A stretch of DNA of 64,000 nucleotides. Source: Geosiphon pyriformis uo1. Its lineage: Eukaryota; Fungi; Glomeromycota. The stretch covers positions 399,824 to 463,823 of the forward strand of contig JAAOMT010000479.1 of assembly GCA_016748015.1 (NCBI GenBank), given 5' to 3'. Shown here one piece after another: positions 62,001-64,000 of the stretch (position 1 is its first letter; every line of letters begins with the position of its first letter). The position numbers and the translations under genes are program-made. The notes beneath the pieces are model-generated. The model made no database searches, was not told where the DNA came from, and saw nothing but the letters and a program-made list of their open reading frames with translations.

Positions 62001-64000
62001 AAGAACATCAAAAGTGCTGCAAGCCAGAGAGATCCTATCTAAAAAGATCTTGAAGAGAATCTTGTAGGCTGTTTCAATTAAAGCTATAGGATGGGTGTTC
62101 ATGAGAACTCCCTCCCATTCATATGGTTTAGGAATCATCGAAACCCAAGCTTCTCTCCAAGGCCCAGGGACCAACTCACCAACCAAACAGAAATTCAAGA
62201 GCACCAAAAGCATATCCAAAACAGATTTGTCACAATGTTTCCATAATTCGTTGGAGATACCAAAAAGACCAGCCGCTTTTCCATCAGGAAGATCCTTAAC
62301 AACAGCTGACAATTCATCAAAACTAATCGAACACATGACATCAGAGAAAGCACCATCGAACATGTAATCCAGAGGCCAATATTGACGAGCCCAATCCTCA
62401 GACAAGTCAGACACCACCTCATGTTTTCTGGTCCATCTCTTCATAATTTTGTCCATCTTAGACTTAACCAACACAGGCTCTAAAATCAACTCATCCTCTA
62501 TAACCAAATGATCCAGGACCATCTTGCGAAAAGGACGCTCCAAAACACTCCTAATGGTATGACCCTTGTTCAGTTCAAAACTCTCCATCCTCTTACCAAT
62601 AGCCTGCTTGATCAAGAATTCTTTAGCACACTTGGATTCCACTAATTTGTAGGAGTGGTATGATTTTCTTGCTTTGGCCAGCACAGAACAAATAAGATCA
62701 AAATTAGAACCTGAAAGAAACAGAGACTTAACCGCCGATGCATCAGGGGAGTCGAGTCTGTGCCACACCTCCAACAAAGAAGCAAAACCATCACTAGAAG
62801 CCAAATGCGAAGCCTTGACCAACTTAGAAACCAGTAGCTCCAGCTTGTGAAACCTAGAAGAAGTCTTGGTAAACACACCATCAAAATCTTTAAATTATTT
62901 TTTCTTAAATGTACCACCTGCTGAAAGAACTATAATCTTGCGAACAATGTCCCACATAGCATCTACATCAGAAAATCTTACTGCCACACCAAAAGCATCC
63001 GAGAACAAAGAGACATTAGCAGCTAAGGCATTCCTGAACTCCAACCACTTAGCTTTACTGGCATTATTGACGTCAAACTTCCAATGGTCTTTATTTACTT
63101 GCTTGCAAAGAGAATTCAAACGCATATCCAAGAGCCTGTCCAAACCCAAATTCACTGAAACAGCTTGATGATCCGTGTCAAAATGCTTACTGACATTCAA
63201 AACTTCACAATGCACTATTGCATTGACAAGACTCGAGGAGACAAACACGTAATCAATTGTTTTCTTAACATCCCTAGAATTTTCCCAAGTGGGCTTTTTT
63301 GCAGCTGGGCTACCAACTAAAGAATTGACCAGACCCAAATCAAAGCATCTTTTGAAACTTGCACTTTTATGAGAGCCGTCTTCATTAAAATTGCCACCGA
63401 GAATGATGAAAGAAGATTCGTTGACAGCCTTCGCAATGAGAGAATTGATTTCACTAGCCTGAGAAAACCGAACCATTAAAGAAGCACCAGCATAAAGCCC
63501 CAAAATCGACACAGAAAGTTTACTCTTGAAAAGTAATTTAATGGAAAGAAGCCAACCAGGCACCTCAGAAACCTTGCACACATAACGAGCCAAAGAAATA
63601 TCCATGATAATGGCAACATCCACACCCAAGTGACCAGAGTCCAAACCAGAAGTGAACACTCAGACACCATCGAACTTGTCTACAATCCACGAACAAACCC
63701 TACTTCTTAATTTTGTTTCAGTAACAATAGAAACCAAATTGTTCATTTCCTTATGCTACCTAATAATGTCCTTTTGCTTAGCGGGATTGTTCATGCTCCT
63801 AACGTTGCACGTAGCAACTTTCCAGACTAAACTGCTCATTGGGTGAGGGGTAGAGACACCGAAAGCGCACTTATACTATCCACTTTGGCCGAAAGGCCCA
63901 GAACCATCTCCATTAGACACTTCATGCTGTCTTCCAGCTTAGACACTGAAGACACATTAAAAGACACTGCTCCCGCGACATTCCCACCACTAGTGAACAC
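59030..64000 (-). mobile_element. LINE 5: youngest LINE; ORF2 63839-59160 (EN-RT-RNase H-CCHC) with few disruptions, poly(A) at 59030-59040; ORF1 continues past the right edge
   Basis: MSSLVWKVATCNVR, GGNFNED, TDHQAV, QEEVFSPLLW, AFVDDTIW, VYTDGS...ELQAI...SDSQA...HSDISGNKHAD, CLFCGDVEISDHVFSC; higher GC and retained CpGs. Confidence 0.96.

Noticed and set aside
1-64000. Alternative genetic code (many stops at Trp positions)
   Set aside because: TGA, TAG and TAA all appear at Trp, Gln and Arg sites in repeats, while mscL reads cleanly in the standard code; transitions explain the stops.

Overview
AT-rich eukaryotic DNA, probably fungal. The transposon proteins resemble Glomeromycota (Geosiphon-like) repeats as I recall them; this is unverified. 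About 98% of the window is nested, decayed retroelements surrounding one intact host gene, a six-exon spliced MscL mechanosensitive channel with a C-terminal CxxC-x10-CxxC ribbon (27048-28125). The left side holds a minus-strand Ty3/Gypsy element A (1-18008), interrupted at its gag/protease junction by a complete related element B (4911-14919). A is preceded in tandem by an internally deleted sister copy C that shares A's LTR. The middle and right hold at least five RNase H-containing LINEs of very different ages, an ORF1-only non-autonomous element carrying the LINE 3' hairpin tail (about 35920-38215), a solo LTR, and a third Gypsy family D (48486-55997). Three Gypsy families share one tRNA primer site and an uncharacterised, non-env third ORF between integrase and the PPT. 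A and B also carry a Cys-rich module plus a dUTPase between protease and RT. All repeats, but not the host gene, show strong C>T/G>A erosion ending in near-pure AT deserts. The best candidates for undescribed biology are the conserved Gypsy ORF3 and Cys-rich/dUTPase cargo, the HAL1-like ORF1-only LINE parasite with its covarying 3' hairpins, and RIP-like repeat mutagenesis.
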